Assembly: GCF_036321535.1 (NCBI RefSeq)
Contig: NC_087436.1
Span: 119,848,001 to 119,912,000, forward strand
Reading direction: 5' to 3'
Source: Camelus dromedarius
Lineage: Eukaryota
Length of the DNA: 64,000 bases
A program made the translations under genes and the position numbers. Positions 63,040-64,000 of this stretch are shown in pieces (the first letter of the stretch is position 1; each line of letters starts with the position of its first letter). Below the pieces are notes generated by a model. The model was not told the origin of the DNA and did no database searches. It saw nothing but the letters and a program-made list of their open reading frames with translations.

Positions 63040-63699
63040 AAAAACATAAGTTGAAGACTATTTTTTAGAAACTTTGAATAATCTTTAGTGGAATCCGATC
63101 AGGAGGTTCATTGCCCACATCACTGGGGAAGATAAATGCAAGTAAAACAGCCACAGGGCCAAAGACAGGAGGGTAAGACACAGCAAGGACGCATGCAGAA
63201 CAAGGCTGCAAGTGCAAGACACACATCACTCGTGACCGTGAAGTAGACGTTGGCCCCTTGCCCTTGACCCCCTCTGGGCATCACTCAGCATCCTGGGAGG
63301 GATGGACCAGGGACACAGGTCCCCAAAGGGGGAACTGCACCTGCTTGAAGATACTCCTGGGGGCTCACCTGATAGGTTTCTGATGCTGGAGGACTGAAAG
63401 CCATGAACTTGAAAATGCTTTGCAAGCTGTAAAGTATGAAAGGTGTTTGTTACCATGGATCACGGTAGATCCCGTCAGTGAATATTAGGATATTGTTTCT
63501 GGGACTTTGAGAAGGACCCCCATCACATGCTCTCCACGCTGACCCGCCCGGCCCCAGCCCGCTTGCTGACAGCAGCTTTCCCGGCAGGTGACTGGCACTC
63601 GCTGTTCTGTCGTTAAGGGTTTAAGTCCCACAGTAAACTTGGCAAACACCTTTGAAGTCGTTACAAGTGGACGATTTAGAACATGTGGAAATAGGAAGA

Positions 63700-63960
63700 T
63701 GAAGTAGATGCCTCCCTTGTCCTCAGGACACGTTTCTCGTGGACAGTTATCGAACGTTATGGAAACATATTTAAGAAGATGCCAGTAAAGGAAGATCATA
63801 TTGTGTTCGTGGGTGGGGAGAACCAACATAACAAAGAAGTGAGTTTTTCTCAAATGTATCTGTGGACAATGCAGTTTGATAGGTCTGAACTTGATAAGCC
63901 GATTTGGAAACGTACATTGTAGAGCCAAGGGCCAAGATCAGGGCCAAAGACACCCCCACC
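63700..63960 (+). mobile_element. Ancient L1M ORF2 fragment
   Basis: …tgtgttcgtgggtgggga…caatgca…gaacttgataagccgatt…gggccaaga resembles the L1 ORF2 region upstream of the PRIAK motif. Confidence 0.55.
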
Positions 63961-64000
63961 CGCGACGAGCAGCCAGCTGTCTTGCTTTCCCGGAAACACC

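Larger units (their letters stand above)
45901..64000 (+). other. SORCS2: Large SORCS2 intron downstream of the exon (intron 3 by human numbering), partial
   Basis: Begins with GTACGT donor; the expected next peptide (VILVSSSL…) was not seen in the window. Confidence 0.8.

Noticed and set aside
1..64000. CRISPR arrays, tRNA/rRNA genes, operon-like or defence systems
   Set aside because: Mammalian intronic DNA; the tandem repeats lack unique spacers and I recognised no tRNA or rRNA sequence.

Overview
GC-rich mammalian genomic DNA, probably laurasiatherian and most likely camelid: the young L1 3' ends look camelid-like and I saw no Alu, B1/B2, Bov-A/BovB, PRE-1 or Can-SINE. The only coding sequence I can support is a 100-bp internal exon at 45801-45900 (+) encoding (R)SSDFGTSYTKLTLQPGVTTVIDNFYICPTNKRK. 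I recognise it as part of the VPS10P domain of the neuronal sorting receptor SORCS2 (exon 3 in human numbering). The rest is the two flanking introns, filled with old transposons (MIR, L2, L1M, MLT1, MER5A, MER33), an ERV-type solo LTR, a young 5'-inverted L1 and simple/minisatellite repeats. Almost all ORFs in the track are spurious. I found no evidence of a new multi-gene system. The best second-look items are a near-canonical REST/RE1 site inside an L2 relic, a 70-nt hairpin of pre-miRNA size in an AT/TAAT-rich island, an L1 twin-priming junction with a snap-back hairpin and a tandem duplication, a tandem array of GC-box-like units, an orphan CpG island and a divergent CTCF motif pair. Repeat family names come from recalled consensus sequences, not a database search, and repeat boundaries are approximate.
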